DNA of 63,152 nt, filler included, from Rhabdomonas costata (GCA_019059605.1; 32 parts of 32 records of this genome joined end to end with filler, not necessarily neighbours in it), one strand, 5' to 3'. Shown: positions 35,933 to 49,448, numbered from the whole stretch's first letter. The notes: generated by a model from the letters alone, not told the origin. Numbers and translations are program-made.

Positions 35933-38002
35933 GTACGTCGTGTGCGCGTGCCCGCTGTCTCCTTTTTGGGCCACCCATGACCCTCGTATCCGGATGATGT
36001 CATGACTTCCCCTCCATCCCCCCGTCTCCCTAGCACCCTTATTCTGTTGTGCAAAACCTCTCTGACCTTTTCTTTCGATTGTAACATATTTTTGGCTGCG
36101 TTGCCGTCAACAGACAACTGGTTTGAGGGGCAAATAGAAGTGGGAATTCCCAGTATTAAGCTTTGCGCTCAGTGTGGGTTTCCCTCGAAGCCCTAAAGCT
36201 TAAGATCAGGTCAGATGGGTCGTCATCTCCAAGGAAGCACAGAACAATATGAAAGCAACAGAAACAACATACCGAAATTCATGTTTAAATCGCTGCTTTT
36301 ACAGCATTGGAAAGAGGGCAAGCTGCTGCGATACAGAGGACCTTTCCACGTTGTTCTCAACAGGGCGTCCCACAATTTCCTTTACGACTTGTCTAAGATT
36401 TAAGCACTTCCATCGCTTGAAGGTATGGTAGTGTTGTTGAGATGCGGTGTCAGGCCCCAAGAGACTTCAATACTCCACATACATGGGGAGACCAGTACTG
36501 CACTTATCAAAGTGGCATTTGTAGCACTGCAGCCACCCATCATGTGCCCCACCGAACACAAGTCCCCATGCTTTTAAACTCCGATTGAAATTGTAAAGGA
36601 ATTCTAGGGACACCCGGTATTAACACTACGGAACTGTGGTGATACGATAAAACAAATCATCAACTTGCAGGTTTTCCTCCCTCGTTGACAGGTCAGCTCT
36701 CAAATAACGTCATCCTGGCAGCCACGGGATTTTCTACGGCAACCGATTGCGACGACCGGTGGATTGCTGTGGAGGCCGATTCGCCCAAGGACCCCAATCT
36801 GGGCCGGTGTGCATTTGCTGCCCGTCAAACGGCGCTTCAACTGCAGCCGGAAATTTTCTTTGAAGCTTCCGAATCTCCCGAACGAGGAATTCCTTCTTCC
36901 ACTGCCTACCATTTCTCGTTGTCATCACTTTGAATTTTTTTCACCAGCAGAGCAGGTTAAGGACAAGGCGTGAATATTTTCTTTCTTCGTGGCACACCAA
37001 GCGTTTTTTTCTTTGCCACTGTTTTCTCTCCGCTGTTCGTTATGTTTGCTTTCTTCCTTTCTTATCTCAGATTCGACGTGGGCCGCTTTGCCGCGGTGTG
37101 GCAGGGCTATATACGCCTACCCCCAGATCCTCTGCTCCGTGGTGCCACTGCGCTGAAGGCCCCTGAATATGGTTCTCTAGCTTGTTAGCGTTGCTGCCGC
37201 TAAAACTTTAAAAAGTCCTATGTAGCCCGTCAATGTGAAACAGAAACGAAACACCATTGGCATGAGGCGCAGCCTGCAGTCAGGAATTGGGGATGATGGA
37301 GGTGGGGATGGTGGAGGTCTGGTCTAAGGCTTGTGGTAATCGGATGACGCGGATAACGCAGCGCAGTGAAACGGGGTGATATGCTCCCCAAGACACCATT
37401 GTTCATGAGTTGCTCACGTGCATCGCCTTAGTCTACGCCGAAGACAAATGTTCCCGTCTCGTCTCGCCCCCCCCACCCNNNNNNNNNNNNNNNNNNNNNN
37501 NNNNNNNNNNNNNNNNNNNNNNTTAATTAATTAANNNNNNNNNNNNNNNNNNNNNNNNNNNNNNNNNNNNNNNNNNNNTGTGGGTGGTGGACATGCGGTC
37601 GATGCGCTGACGACACCGGGATTGCAAGTTCGCCGTCACATAGAGCATGATACTTCATTTGAGGGATAAGTGGGCATGTATATATTCGAAGGGCTTGATG
37701 AATAGAACTGGACGACTTTCTCTTCCCTTTAACTCTCCCACAGTAATTCGACTGCGCTTTGCCCGGCCGCAGGTATTCAAGACCCCATCAGCATCAGAAT
37801 AAATTCTTGGAAGGGTGTGTGCGTGCGTGTTGGTGGGGACTCCTACTGCTGCTCCTTCCCTCCCTGGTGAGGAGGTCCTCCTTCGCACTTTCCCTGATTT
37901 CCTCATTCAACTGAGGCAAGTCGTGCGGCCAAAAGAACACTCGCTGGAAGATGATCATCAACATCCCGCATTCCGCTTCCCCCCCGCCCGCAACGCACAG
38001 AC

Positions 38003-39451
38003 CGGCTGAGGCCCTGCAGCACCCCCAGGAGCTGTCCGTTCTGCTCCTTCAGCAGGGCGTTGGCATGCGCGTGCTTTCTCTCCTCCGCAGTGCATTCGTA
38101 CTGCACCACAAGGGCCCAGGCCCGGCTCCTCTCTAGCTGCGCCTCTGTCTCCTGCCTCAGCTCCACCAGTGCCCTCTCGGAGGCCTCAGCGCGGGCCTGC
38201 GACTCGCGCTTTGCCGCCTCTGCCTCGGAAACCTTCCCACCCCCCAAAAAAGTGCAAAAAATGGACGAAGACATGGCAACTGCAAAAACGACATGCCATT
38301 TCCCTGATTTGGAATTCAAAACGACTTCGGAATCGACTTCGGATTAGAATCGGATTTGCACGCTTGCTCGGCGGATGCATTCTGTTTTGTGCTTACTCGT
38401 GCCTTTTTTGACGTCAACTCTTATCTAAATCAGCGAATCTTTGAAGAAAATCTGCCAATGTCCAACGTTCTTCACCTGGGGGAGAGTGTTAAACCAAAGT
38501 GGCGCGCTTCAGCCCCCCTGGAGGTCAATAGGGTCGAAATGTCCCCTCGGTTCAGTCCCCACCAACGAACTGGTGGCGGCGACTGTTACAATGGAGACAA
38601 TGGAGAACGACAACCAGGGTGAGGTGCAGTGCAGGCCCAGGTCCAAGGGATCAATCACAGGAACAATCCAGCACCTGCTTGCGGTATACATGATTCAGTA
38701 GTGGCTATGCCGTGCATGCGTTTTGCCCTTACGAATGATTGCAGTTCTGGATACAGGGAGTGTGAGAGAGCGATTTTATGGGACAAGTGTTCTGCGGCCA
38801 AAAGTGGAAATATCCGTCCTTTTCGGCCCCCCCCGCCCATTCCCGAACTTACCGCCTTGTCGTGGTACGCAAGTCGCCCCGACCTCAGTGTCTTGAATAC
38901 ACTTCGAACCGTATCCGTGGTTGATGCGATCCAGAGTACCACCCCATGGTGGAATTGAAAGTCTTCGCCACCCGTCGACATTCTCTACCATCTTTCCCAA
39001 AGTCCAAGCCACACACCATTTCGCGGTACAGCTGTCTCTCCGACTGAAGGTCCGCATTCTCCCTCTGGAGCCGCGCCAGGCTGGCGTACTCCGGAGATTG
39101 GCCCCCGCCATCGGCTTGTTCACTGCAACCCTCACCAGTCCCACCGCTTCCCGCAACCACTGCGGATGATGTACTGGTTGCTTCCTGCAGCCTCAGCAGC
39201 AGCGCATCTCTGTCAGCCGTCACCTCAGCATTGACCTTCAGGGCCTCCTCCAGGCGAGCCGCGGCCTGGGCCAGCAGATGCTTCAGCTCCGCCTTGCCGG
39301 CAGGGGCTTCGCCCCCCTGGGTGCGACTCTCTTTCCCCTTCCCCTTCCCCTTGTGGAGCTTGGGCCGGCTCGAGGAAGGACCCGCAGCCAGAGCCTCGGC
39401 CTGCGCCTGCGTCCCGGGCGGCACCAGCTCGCGCCTCTCCTCAGAAACCAC
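38003..39451 (-). CDS. Coiled-coil protein exons (~39451-39017 and ~38232-38003); may or may not be one gene
   Basis: Heptad, A/E/L/R-rich frames (LKHLLAQAAARLEEALK...LARLQRENADLQSER; ARAEASERALVELRQETEAQLER) with GC3-rich codons. Donor GTGTGT at 39016. Confidence 0.5.
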
Positions 39452-39693
39452 CCCNNNNNNNNNNNNNNNNNNNNNNNNNNNNNNNNNNNNNNNNNNNNTT
39501 AATTAATTAANNNNNNNNNNNNNNNNNNNNNNNNNNNNNNNNNNNNNNNNNNNNGTTTGTTGTGGCATACCACTCCGCCATTGCGTGGCTATTGCGCCAT
39601 TCTGCTTTGCTCGTTGTTTCCCTGTGTTGCTAAGTTCGTCATCAATTGCTACTACCCCGCCCCCGTGTTGATCTTCGCACTTCAACTTTGTAG

Positions 39694-39795
39694 GACTCGG
39701 AGTCGGGGAGCACCCCTGCCCACTACGCCGCGGAGCTGGGCAAGCTGAAGGAGATGGCCGCGCTTCTGGGAGCGGGGGCCAACCCCAACCTGGAG
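39694..39795 (+). CDS. Ankyrin-repeat exon
   Basis: DSESGSTPAHYAAELGKLKEMAALLGAGANPNLE is one ankyrin repeat, 34 codons, TAG|...|GT, phase 0. Confidence 0.85.
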
Positions 39796-41529
39796 GTCCG
39801 TTTGGTGGGGAGGGGCCCGGTCAAAGGGAAAACACATATGTGTATATGCTTGGAAGCTGAAAGACAACTCGCCCTTGATTATGATTTGTGTTATCAGTTT
39901 CCTCTGATACAGCAGGTTGGTTTTTTCTGCCTTTTCCTTATGCCTAGGAAGAGTTTTTCCATCAGAAATGATGGTTTTGCCTGTACAGTGTTGCGAACTG
40001 GGGTGGGTGCTTGTTCTGGTGGGTCCCAGTGGCTGCGAGAAAGAGCACCCCCTTCTCTCTCCCTCTCTCCGTTTTCCCTCCTGTGGGATGGCTCTCGCCA
40101 CAACACGTCAGCGGGCCGAAAAGGGGCCGCTGCAGTGCGCTGCACCGTGATGTTGGTGGTGGTGGGGCCTGGACGGGATGCCCGCGGAGGGAAAAGCCAT
40201 TCCCCCGGCTCGCTCTGGGCCCCCCGCAAGTCACTTCCCCATCAGCTGGTGCCTGTGTGGTAGTCTCACGGTGTCTTCTTTATTTGCAGAGCATATCAGA
40301 GGGGCGTAATCGATGCTGTGTGTGCTGCCCCCCCCCGCCACACTCACTTCTTCACTGTCGCTGTGAGCTTTATTTTGGGACCGTTTTCGTTGTCATAGCT
40401 GTTTATTTACTTTCGCTGCGGTGCTTCCCATGCCTGTGCATGCGGGGCCGTCCTTATTCCACACGCGTCCCGTGGTTGGCGTGGTGTGCTTTGGGTGGGG
40501 GAAGGAGGGACATCGGTGGCAAAATACGTGTGTCAAAGTGATTGGGAGGCGTGGACAGGTCTGTGAGGGAAAGGAGGAGTGCGTTTCGCGTGCGACAGCA
40601 GTGTTCCCCGTCTTCATAAATGGGTGTCTAAGTGGGTTCCCAGTTTTTCATCAATGGGACGGGTGTCCGTGTGGGCTTGCATTCCAGAGTACAATGGATG
40701 TGGAGATGGGGCGGAAGCGCTGCGTTCTTCGCGCCCATAGAGTTTGGGGCCTTTTACTGGAACGATATATGGCCTCCCTGTTGGGTATTGCTGACCGGGG
40801 CCCCTGCTGTGCCTATGTCTGCATGTTTACAAGTTTGTGTTTGCTGTGGCTGTTTGCAACCTCTCACTAGTATCCCCTGCGCCCCTTTTGCCTTCGCGAA
40901 TTTCTCTTCCCATTGTTTTCCCTGTGTCTGCCCGTCGTCTTCGCGGGCCTCCTCAAAGTGTAGGGGCTGCTTCTGTTTGTGGTGGTTTGGGTGCGAGCAG
41001 CCCCCCTCCCTCCCACTTCTTTGTGCCATGCGGTGCGCTACACCATCCGAAAGTGGACTATTGCAGACGTGGTGGTGGGATATGGGCTGCTGATGCTTTT
41101 CCCTCTCTGCCTTACCCTCTGCTGCATGCTCTGCACACGTGAAAGGGATGAGGAGAGGAGGGGGGGGGTCACCCCTGGTGCCATCTGGCAGGTGAGGGTG
41201 GCGGGTCCTTCGGAGGGAGGGATGTCACTGTGGCCCTTTTCGCCCCCCCCCTCCCATACTCAGAACCGCATAATCAGTTGATTGCTTCTCCGTCCCATCC
41301 TCCTTCACGTTTTTTTTCTTTTTTTTTCGTTCGAGCTCGCTGCCCATTCCTTTTCCTGTGTCTCTGTTACTCTGTCCCGCAGGCATAGTCCCTCCTTTGC
41401 CTCCAGCACACCACCCCACCCCACCAACCNNNNNNNNNNNNNNNNNNNNNNNNNNNNNNNNNNNNNNNNNNNNTTAATTAATTAANNNNNNNNNNNNNNN
41501 NNNNNNNNNNNNNNNNNNNNNNNNNNNNN

Positions 41530-43404
41530 TTCTTTGTGGTAGTGCTGTGCCTGTTCGCGGTGGGCCCGGCGGTGGCGCTGTGGATCATCTCATGGCGGTC
41601 CGGGCAGGACGCGCTGAATGGGGTGCAGGGCCTGGCAATGTCCTCCGTAGAGGTAGGGCACTGCTGAAGAGCACAAGATATTATTGGCGGGCAGGGCCCT
41701 CAGGACACCAATTGTCCACATCATCGGTGCGATTAACAGGTGGCGATTCAGCGTCCAGCCTTCGGCACACAAAATAGCAACATGAAGGCAAGGGGGGATG
41801 TGGGTGCGAGAAGCTAGCGCAGTGTAAGCACAGTATCAGACACGGAAGGAGGACAGAAGGAGAGAAGGCAGAAAGTTCGAGCAGGCAATGTGGGAAAATC
41901 AAAGTGGGTGGGAAACTATGAACTCAAGTGCGAAGAAAACGAAACTCCTGTGCTTCGGCTGAAGCCCCGGTGACTTTCCTCCAAAGAAATGCAAGAGAGG
42001 TGCGTGTCGGCCCAAGTTGAATGCAAAAAACAAAGAATTTATAAAAAAGGCAACAGATTACAAGAACGCACCCGGAGAACGGGCGTCCTCAAGAGAAGGG
42101 GCAGAAGGGTCGATGGGTCGTATTTAATGGTTAAGGGTCGTTTAATTCGCTTCGCTTGCTCCGTCGTGGCACTTGAGGCGACCTAAATTGTGTATGAGAC
42201 TGAGTGGAAAAAGCTTTGTCCTCCAAAAGCTGAACACTCTCCCCCCCCGCCGCCGCGCAACCATCTTCAAGAAAATGCTGCCTTGCTCTACCTGATCTTT
42301 GATATGGGCTGAGGGAAAACCGCTTTCATCGAATCCCAACAGGGAGTGTCGGTGCAGCTGCAGGACTCCTTGATCACCAGCGTGCAGTCCTCCTTAGAGG
42401 CCTTTGTGGAGCGCGCGGAGACCGCGGTGGACCAGGGCATGAGCCATATATACGCCAGCAGGCTGCTGGCGAGAAACGGCTCCGACGTGGCTGGCCTTGC
42501 GGCAGCCTTGCAGCATTTTGAGGATACCGTGTTTAGCATTGCCAAGAACAGCGCGTGGATGTTCACCTTCAACGTGTCCGTCATAGGGGATGTTTGGAAA
42601 GGGTGTGCTCGGATGCTTTCCCTTTGTTGCCGCTTCCATTCTCTCAGAAAAAGCCGGTTTCTGCTCGGAATGGTCTTTTCCCGAGTCGTTGTCCATTGCT
42701 TCATCTTTCCAGGATGGCAAACCCAGAAGGCCTACTAGGTGTCAGGAGACGGAGTTGGGGTTGTCGCTCGGGGTACTGGCTTTTGCTGTCCACAGCAACA
42801 GCACTATTATTGCGGCAATAAGAGCATTGACAAGGAATGCCACGTGTGTGTGCTGGAAGGGAGACGCTGATGGTTTTTCTATTTTGGTGTGATCGAGGAG
42901 GGCGGGGCTTTGGGTTGTTTTTAGGTCCAGTGTGGTGCAGTCTGTGATCAACGCATGGTACAACATTGACCTCCTCACGCAGCAGATTACCCCTACGCTC
43001 TACCTTGCCCACATCTTTGCCAACTCCTTCCTCAATGTCACCTTGGCCACCAGCTGCGTCGCGAACACAACCACGGAATAGCCCGGCTTCTGCTTTTCCT
43101 ACACGCCTCTTCCCTACCGAATCCCCATTGCTGTGGCTCTCCCAGCCCAGCCCATATGCCAGTGGGAAAACACTGTCTCTTTCATGGTATTCGTCGGGCT
43201 TCCCATGGCTCTCCTGACTTGTTGGGTGCCCTTCGCCGACCGTCACGCCTGGGCCACTGTGCAGGTCACCGCCAACGTCTACACCATTAGCAGCCTTCTT
43301 CTCTCACTGCTTTCCGCTCCAAACGACCGACTCTTCCTGATCTTCCGCACTGCCGAGGGGACGATGGTGGGAGCCTCGCACGGAAAGTTCTTCTCACACC
43401 CCAC
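41530..43404 (+). CDS. Receptor-like membrane protein (N-terminal TM plus extracellular domain), exons 41530-41652, 42343-42573, 42713-42843, 42925->43404; in-frame TAG at 43079-43081
   Basis: All three GT-AG introns are phase-consistent (0, 0, 2). TM FFVVVLCLFAVGPAVALWIISW. The motif DRLFLIFRTAEGTMVGASHGKFFSH recalls an expanded euglenid cyclase-associated family (from memory, unverified). Confidence 0.7.
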
Positions 43405-44420
43405 NNNNNNNNNNNNNNNNNNNNNNNNNNNNNNNNNNNNNNNNNNNNTTAATTAATTAANNNNNNNNNNNNNNNNNNNNNNNNNNNNNNNNNNNNNNNN
43501 NNNNGGTGGTGTGTACGAAACAGCAGTGGAAGGATGGCCGGTATTTTATTGTTACAATGGCATCCACGGGGGGTGCGAGTGAGGTGAACAACAGATGACA
43601 ACGGGGGAATCGTCTGTAGCAGTATGTTGTCCCCAATCATTTCACATACAGCGATACTAATTTCTAAAAAAAACATTTCTTTGAAATTTTTTTTGCAGTT
43701 TCCTGAAGTGTATCTGAACGAGAAAAAGGTCCACAGCAGTTTATGAAACTCAAACATAGCACATTACAACGAAAACTCAGAACACGTGTTTTTTAGCCTC
43801 ACTATCTCACTAAAACATATCGTATGCACACACACACCAGCCTAGCGGCATTTCATAGCGTTCCCAGGACTTCAATTGGAAACTCGTAACATACTAAATT
43901 CTGAGTTTCGGGATGTACCTTACCTTATCTTTTACAATGAAAAACCAGAACCCCCTGCGGCATATCATCTCCCAGAAAAAGATGATGTTGCTTCCAACCA
44001 CAATAGGAACGCCGACAAAAAAGTGCTTCCCTTCCAAATCCACAGAGTAATCCCCTAAGGAAGAAGGACCGCAGCGAAACTCCAAACAAAGAAGTGATTT
44101 TCCAGAGGTGCGGATGGAATGGGGGGGGGGCATGATTTCAGTTAAGAACGGTGGTGGAGCCGAAATAACAGTAGAACATGAAACTGTAATGGCAACCATC
44201 CCATCACAACGGCTAGCATTCATCTTTTCTTGGCTAGAGTTATGCCTAGCTCTATTCGATATGACACAAAACCACAAAATCTTGTCCTCAACTTGTCCTC
44301 AAGCGTTGTCTCTTCTTCACACACACACACGCACACAAGAGGACAAGAGGACGAGAGAACCATTGTGTGTAATCCCGATGGGATGGTGCCTACACAGCCA
44401 CTCCCATAAAAAAGGCGAAC

Positions 44421-44578
44421 CTTGCCGCTCGGACTCCAAGGTGGCCTCCAGTCTCTGCAGGCGGGAGTCCAGCACGCTGGACACCGTGCTGCGGATCTGC
44501 GAGGGGGACCGCGAGACGTCGGACACCACGGAGTGCGCGTCGGATTGCCGCGACCGCACCGAGGCCGGAGTCCGCACC
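44421..44578 (-). CDS. Exon of hypothetical S/R-rich, coiled-coil protein
   Basis: CAG|...VRTPASVRSRQSDAHSVVSDVSRSPSQIRSTVSSVLDSRLQRLEATLESERQ G|GT, GC-rich. Confidence 0.55.
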
Positions 44579-47082
44579 CTGCACAACGCACCCATCCACT
44601 CCAAATACCCACACGACACGCCAATACACTTTAACATCACAATGAGAGAGAGACAGGACGTTTGTAAAAGTTTGAAAAGGAAAAGGAAAAGACTCTTGAC
44701 TCTTCCCCCCTTGTGCTTGTGCTTGCTTGCTCAACACTGACTTCATGGCTTTCTCAGCATCGAGAGAATAATGTTCCCCAGTGAGCTTCCAAAGCTAAAC
44801 CCACAATAATGAGTTCCGCTGATGTCAATGTGCCATGGACCGTTCACGGCAGGCTTATTTTGGGCAAGGGTAAGAGCGGCCAGCTACGGAACACAAGCAA
44901 GCACAAAGCAGTCCACCAGCTCTCGCGCTCGCCGTCCGTCTGGCTTGGAAAAGTACGGACATCAAGGTCGATGGGAGACATCGACCAACAGTCACACAGA
45001 AACGAAGAAACGAGATGGATTGATGATATTTTCGCACTTTTTGTTCGGATTTCTGCCGCCCTATTCTTCCTAATTGTGTTTCTTCCGCTGTGCTTCGTAG
45101 TTTCCTGCACTTTCGCTTTCTCGTTCATTTTTCCATTCTCCGATTCTCGCCTCTTTCAACCCCCATTATGCTTTCTGCTCGTTTTCCCCACAGACAGCTC
45201 AATGTGCCCTCTAACTTTCCCACTTCAGCATTTCTCCGACCTCGCATCTGTGTGCCGTTTTTGCATTCCACCCTGATCTCGCATCTGGTTTGTGCCGAAC
45301 ACCAACCACTGCATGTGCCTGCGCCGCACCGCCGTAACTCTAACCCAAAAAATTTCAGCCCAAAAATTTCAAACAAAACNNNNNNNNNNNNNNNNNNNNN
45401 NNNNNNNNNNNNNNNNNNNNNNNTTAATTAATTAANNNNNNNNNNNNNNNNNNNNNNNNNNNNNNNNNNNNNNNNNNNNGTTGTTTGTACAGTGGCAGAC
45501 GTCCAACGCAAAGGTTTGCAGAGTTTCATCATGAGCGGAGACGGAAGTCTAATCTCAGCCTCTCGTGTGGCGAAAAGCTAGGTCAGGCTACCTATCCACA
45601 TCTGGGCGATAGAGCAGAGCAGAGTAGGTCCAGGTGAGATACGGTTGGCCGATAGAGTTAGTGGGGGAAGATCACGGGTGAGACAGAGAGCCAGTCTACG
45701 GGATGGAGTCCGCATGGAAGATGAATGCGTGCACACGACCCGACTGCAGCGATTCATATGGTATGTTTTTGGAGTTTTTTAGAGGAAGACTGATGTATCC
45801 ACAGCTTTTTCCAGAGTTTGTACATGTAAAAGAGACAAGGAGGCCGAGATTTAAGAAGATTTTCACAGACAATGTCTAAGCGGATGCAGGAGGAGAAGAA
45901 GGACAGTGTGGTGTGTTACACAGCGGCAGTTTGAAAGGTCATAGTCCCTTCTTTTGTCTAGGATTTAAAATTTTACGTTAGGTGTTGAAGAAATCCAAAA
46001 CGTCGTCAGGTTGCTTTGTTTTCAAGAGTGTTTTGTCGTTATTTTCGCCTATTGTTGTTACAGGGGTGCCCCAAAAGAACCAAAGCAGAGCCTCAGTTCA
46101 GATCCGAGCGGAGACCAGGAGGTCCAGGAAGAGTGTACAGAGGGCTGTGGGTTTGCAGAGCGTGAGGGATGGGAACGCTGCATAGTTACACAGGACATGG
46201 TGTGTACAGTCGTGTGCCACTTCCACATTCATCGCTTTGGGATATATGGGAAAGGCATAAGCGGCGAGACCCGCCAAGCGGAATCCCTCCACAGCCCAGA
46301 CAATTCGACAGCGCTCGCCTTGTGCAAGCAAGGTTGGGATACAGTCCAACTCGAGCAGGATCCAGATGCATTACAACATCCAAATGTAGGAGCCACGTAA
46401 GTGTTCCACAAAGTGATACGTGGTAACAGAGGAAGTGTACGACCTAATTTGGTCGCCGGGGGCAGTAAATGAATCCAGTGAAACGTGGTGAAGATTTATT
46501 TTATTGGTGCATAAATATCCGACTTCAAATTTTCAGATCTGTCGGGAAGGGCCGGTGTGGAATAACAATCTACAGAGTGCGGGCAAGTTTCAGAGTTCGG
46601 CAGCAGACGACCCAGTCCACAAAGTTCATGGGACGGTTGCTTTTAGTGGGGTTGAGTTTATCTCAATACCTCCCCCACCCGAGTGGAGGTTAGCCCAATT
46701 CGAGAAGTGGGTTCTGATTTGATGGCAGTAAATGCGCCACCTCCAAAGCCCACCGCCGCCCCTGCACCACTGATGGGGCAGACTTTTCTGGAAACCCGGC
46801 CAAGGAGAAGAACAAACCAAGAATACCCATGAACTGGTTCCTTGGGGTCAGTTTCTTCCTGATTGCTATGCGGAAAGAAAACAAACAAACAATTCAAAAC
46901 GAAGACGCAACTCGGTAAAATGGAAGGCTCTCGATGTCCCGGTGTCAAAACGTTGAAGTGCGGGTATCAATTCAATTTACTCGATTTTTACGGGGCCAAA
47001 TCCCAACTCTCCTTTGATTCTTTCCCGGTGCCCTTCTAAAATCTGACACTCTCAATAATTTTCTTCTTCTTTTGTTCCATAC

Positions 47083-47184
47083 CTCTAGCTGCGGCTTCCG
47101 GGTTGCCCGCTGTTGCGTCCAGTGAGAGTTGAAAGTTCTTCCGCATCGCCGCGACCCCCTCGGCCCAGTAGGCGCCCGCGATGT
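47083..47184 (-). CDS. Exon of hypothetical protein
   Basis: TAG|..IAGAYWAEGVAAMRKNFQLSLDATAGNPEAAAR G|GTATGG, next to a (CT)n tract at ~47197-47221. Confidence 0.45.
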
Positions 47185-48817
47185 CTATGGCATGAACTCT
47201 CTCTCTCTCTCTCTCTCTCTCGCTCTCTTTGAACAGCGAGAACATTAGGTTACGTTGATCGTCGGCACATTACAGTCAGTCACCCAAAAACACCGGGCAT
47301 CTTTTGTTCCTGGTCCCTCAATGCGTTGATGCTGCACCGGCAGGATGCATTCGTNNNNNNNNNNNNNNNNNNNNNNNNNNNNNNNNNNNNNNNNNNNNTT
47401 AATTAATTAANNNNNNNNNNNNNNNNNNNNNNNNNNNNNNNNNNNNNNNNNNNNTGTGTTGGGGCAGCGGAAACGATTGCCCATGGGGGGTCACCTTTCC
47501 TCCACCGCTCCTCTGCTGGAGCTGGTTGCGCTGAGAGAACACCAATGGGCAATTTTTTCATTGCAGTGCCGGTCGAGAGGTGTGGTACCAACCGGGAGAG
47601 GACTGCGGCGAAGCTAAGAAGGCTGCTGCCAATACACCGATCGTCAGGGTGAGAGCGGGGGCGTCCATCCCCGTGCGCCTGCTCTGCTGCGTGGAATGCT
47701 GGCTGGGCTGGCCTCTAAGCTGTGTGGGTACACGCACGTTGACGTAGGGGGCCCTTCCGGCCTCCATTCGCCAGACGGTAAGGTTCCTGCGGCAGCGAGG
47801 TTACTCCACACATCGCAGGTACCCCGTCTTCGGGCGCGATCTTATCCGGCAGGCGCGCCCATGAGCTGTTTGCCAAAGGAGCTGCGATCGGTGCTGCCGC
47901 CCAGCCGTGGGACAGAGGTGAGGGCGGGACAATGAATTTCTTGAGCTCCCGTCTTGAGGCGGTGGACGTGAGTCGGACACGATGAGGAAGACGTGCGGGA
48001 AAAGGGTGGCCTGGCTGCACGATTCTTGTTTGCGCGTGGAGAGGAGACAGAAACCAACAATTGATAACGCACTTTTATACTCTGGTCACGCGTTGGTTTG
48101 TTTAGCTGACCACTTCCCTTTTGGTTCTCTCATTTTCGCGTTTGATTGAAACTCGCGAGTAACCACCACTCCATAAGCAGCGAAGAGACAGCGAAGCTGG
48201 CAAAAAATCTCAGCTTGGGTAATTTCTGGGTGCATTGAAGCAAGACCTGCGATGACAATCTGATACTTTCCTTTCGCAGAACGGCCTTTGTTCCGTCTTT
48301 TGTGTGGTCCGGGTCCCGCGCACCAACCCCATCAAACTTTGCCCTAGTATATATTCAAAAGGCCGTGGGAACTTGATGACATGTGGAATGTTGTCCGCTT
48401 TTGTCCCCTCTCCCAGCTTTTAATTGAAAACTGAAGTTTCTGAGCCACCAAAGAAACCCATTCACTGACCAAAGCAAAGACATAACGCGATCCATTTTCT
48501 GTTTCGCCGTGGCAGTGTGGCAATGGTGCAGGGGGTCGTAATTGATGAAGACTGCCATGTCCGTCATTATTTCTGCAGAGTAAGTGGAAATGAGAGTCTG
48601 TGCTTCGTGTTATATGGAGTTGTTGTATGGAATCACTGATGCGTAGACGTGCCCACGACAACACTTCGCAGAAGGTTCTACTTCCCGTCACCCCATTGCC
48701 ACCCGCACCTCTGAAGCAGTCCACCACCAGTTCATGACACAGCATTCTAATTATTTTACTTTCTTTCAAAAGTTTTCCCACAACGGCGAAATCGCACATA
48801 ATGCCAGAAAACTGCAG

Positions 48818-49140
48818 ATGGACAGCTTCGCAGACCACGCTCTGCTATGCTCAAGTCTCAGTCTGTACACCAGACATAACGACCTTCGTTACGAGCTAGC
48901 GGACCTTTGCCTAGAGGCCGGCAGCCAGGTCGAGATCGAGTCAAACCCCCAGGGCAACGGAAACGGCCAGGCGACATGCTAGTCCACGGGCTTTTTGATT
49001 CCCCAACCGCGGTGGATACATCCGCAGTGCACGCTCTGCATCCTTCGGAAACATTGGCGAACGTGCGAGAGCGCAGCGCTCTGCCGCAGACAGTTGAGGT
49101 AATTGGAGCCTGGGGCGGCCATCTACTTCAGACAGTGGCC
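48818..49140 (+). mobile_element. C-terminal fragment of an RLE-type (CRE-like) non-LTR retrotransposon, frameshifted
   Basis: MDSFADHALLC (Zn-knuckle end), RHNDLRYELADLCLEAG..VEIE, then after a frameshift near 48955 RPGDMLVHGL...TAVD (restriction-like endonuclease PD..D). Confidence 0.75.
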
Positions 49141-49448
49141 ACTTGCCTTGGTTTGAAACAGGACTTAACAGTGAGCGAAGCCGCCCTGGTGCCGGGGCCG
49201 CATGGATGTCTCGTCCTGCGGTCAGCGGGAAGCAGCTCGAGCGTGGGCTTGTTGGCGGAGCAGGACGTGTATGGAGCAGGGGCCTCCGGAACTTTCTGGT
49301 CTCCCGGCGAACCCCCCCCCCCCCCCCCCNNNNNNNNNNNNNNNNNNNNNNNNNNNNNNNNNNNNNNNNNNNNTTAATTAATTAANNNNNNNNNNNNNNN
49401 NNNNNNNNNNNNNNNNNNNNNNNNNNNNNTGTGGGGGGGCGCGTGCAG

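Noticed and set aside
43079..43081. Genome-wide TAG reassignment (alternative genetic code)
   Set aside because: It is a single case. TAG appears to terminate other genes here, and the long ORFs contain no internal TAG.
45480..46720. Decayed LINE endonuclease/RT on the minus strand (ITLWNTYVAPT, SPGP)
   Set aside because: Only vague motif echoes. No GDFN, SDH or YADD motif could be located.
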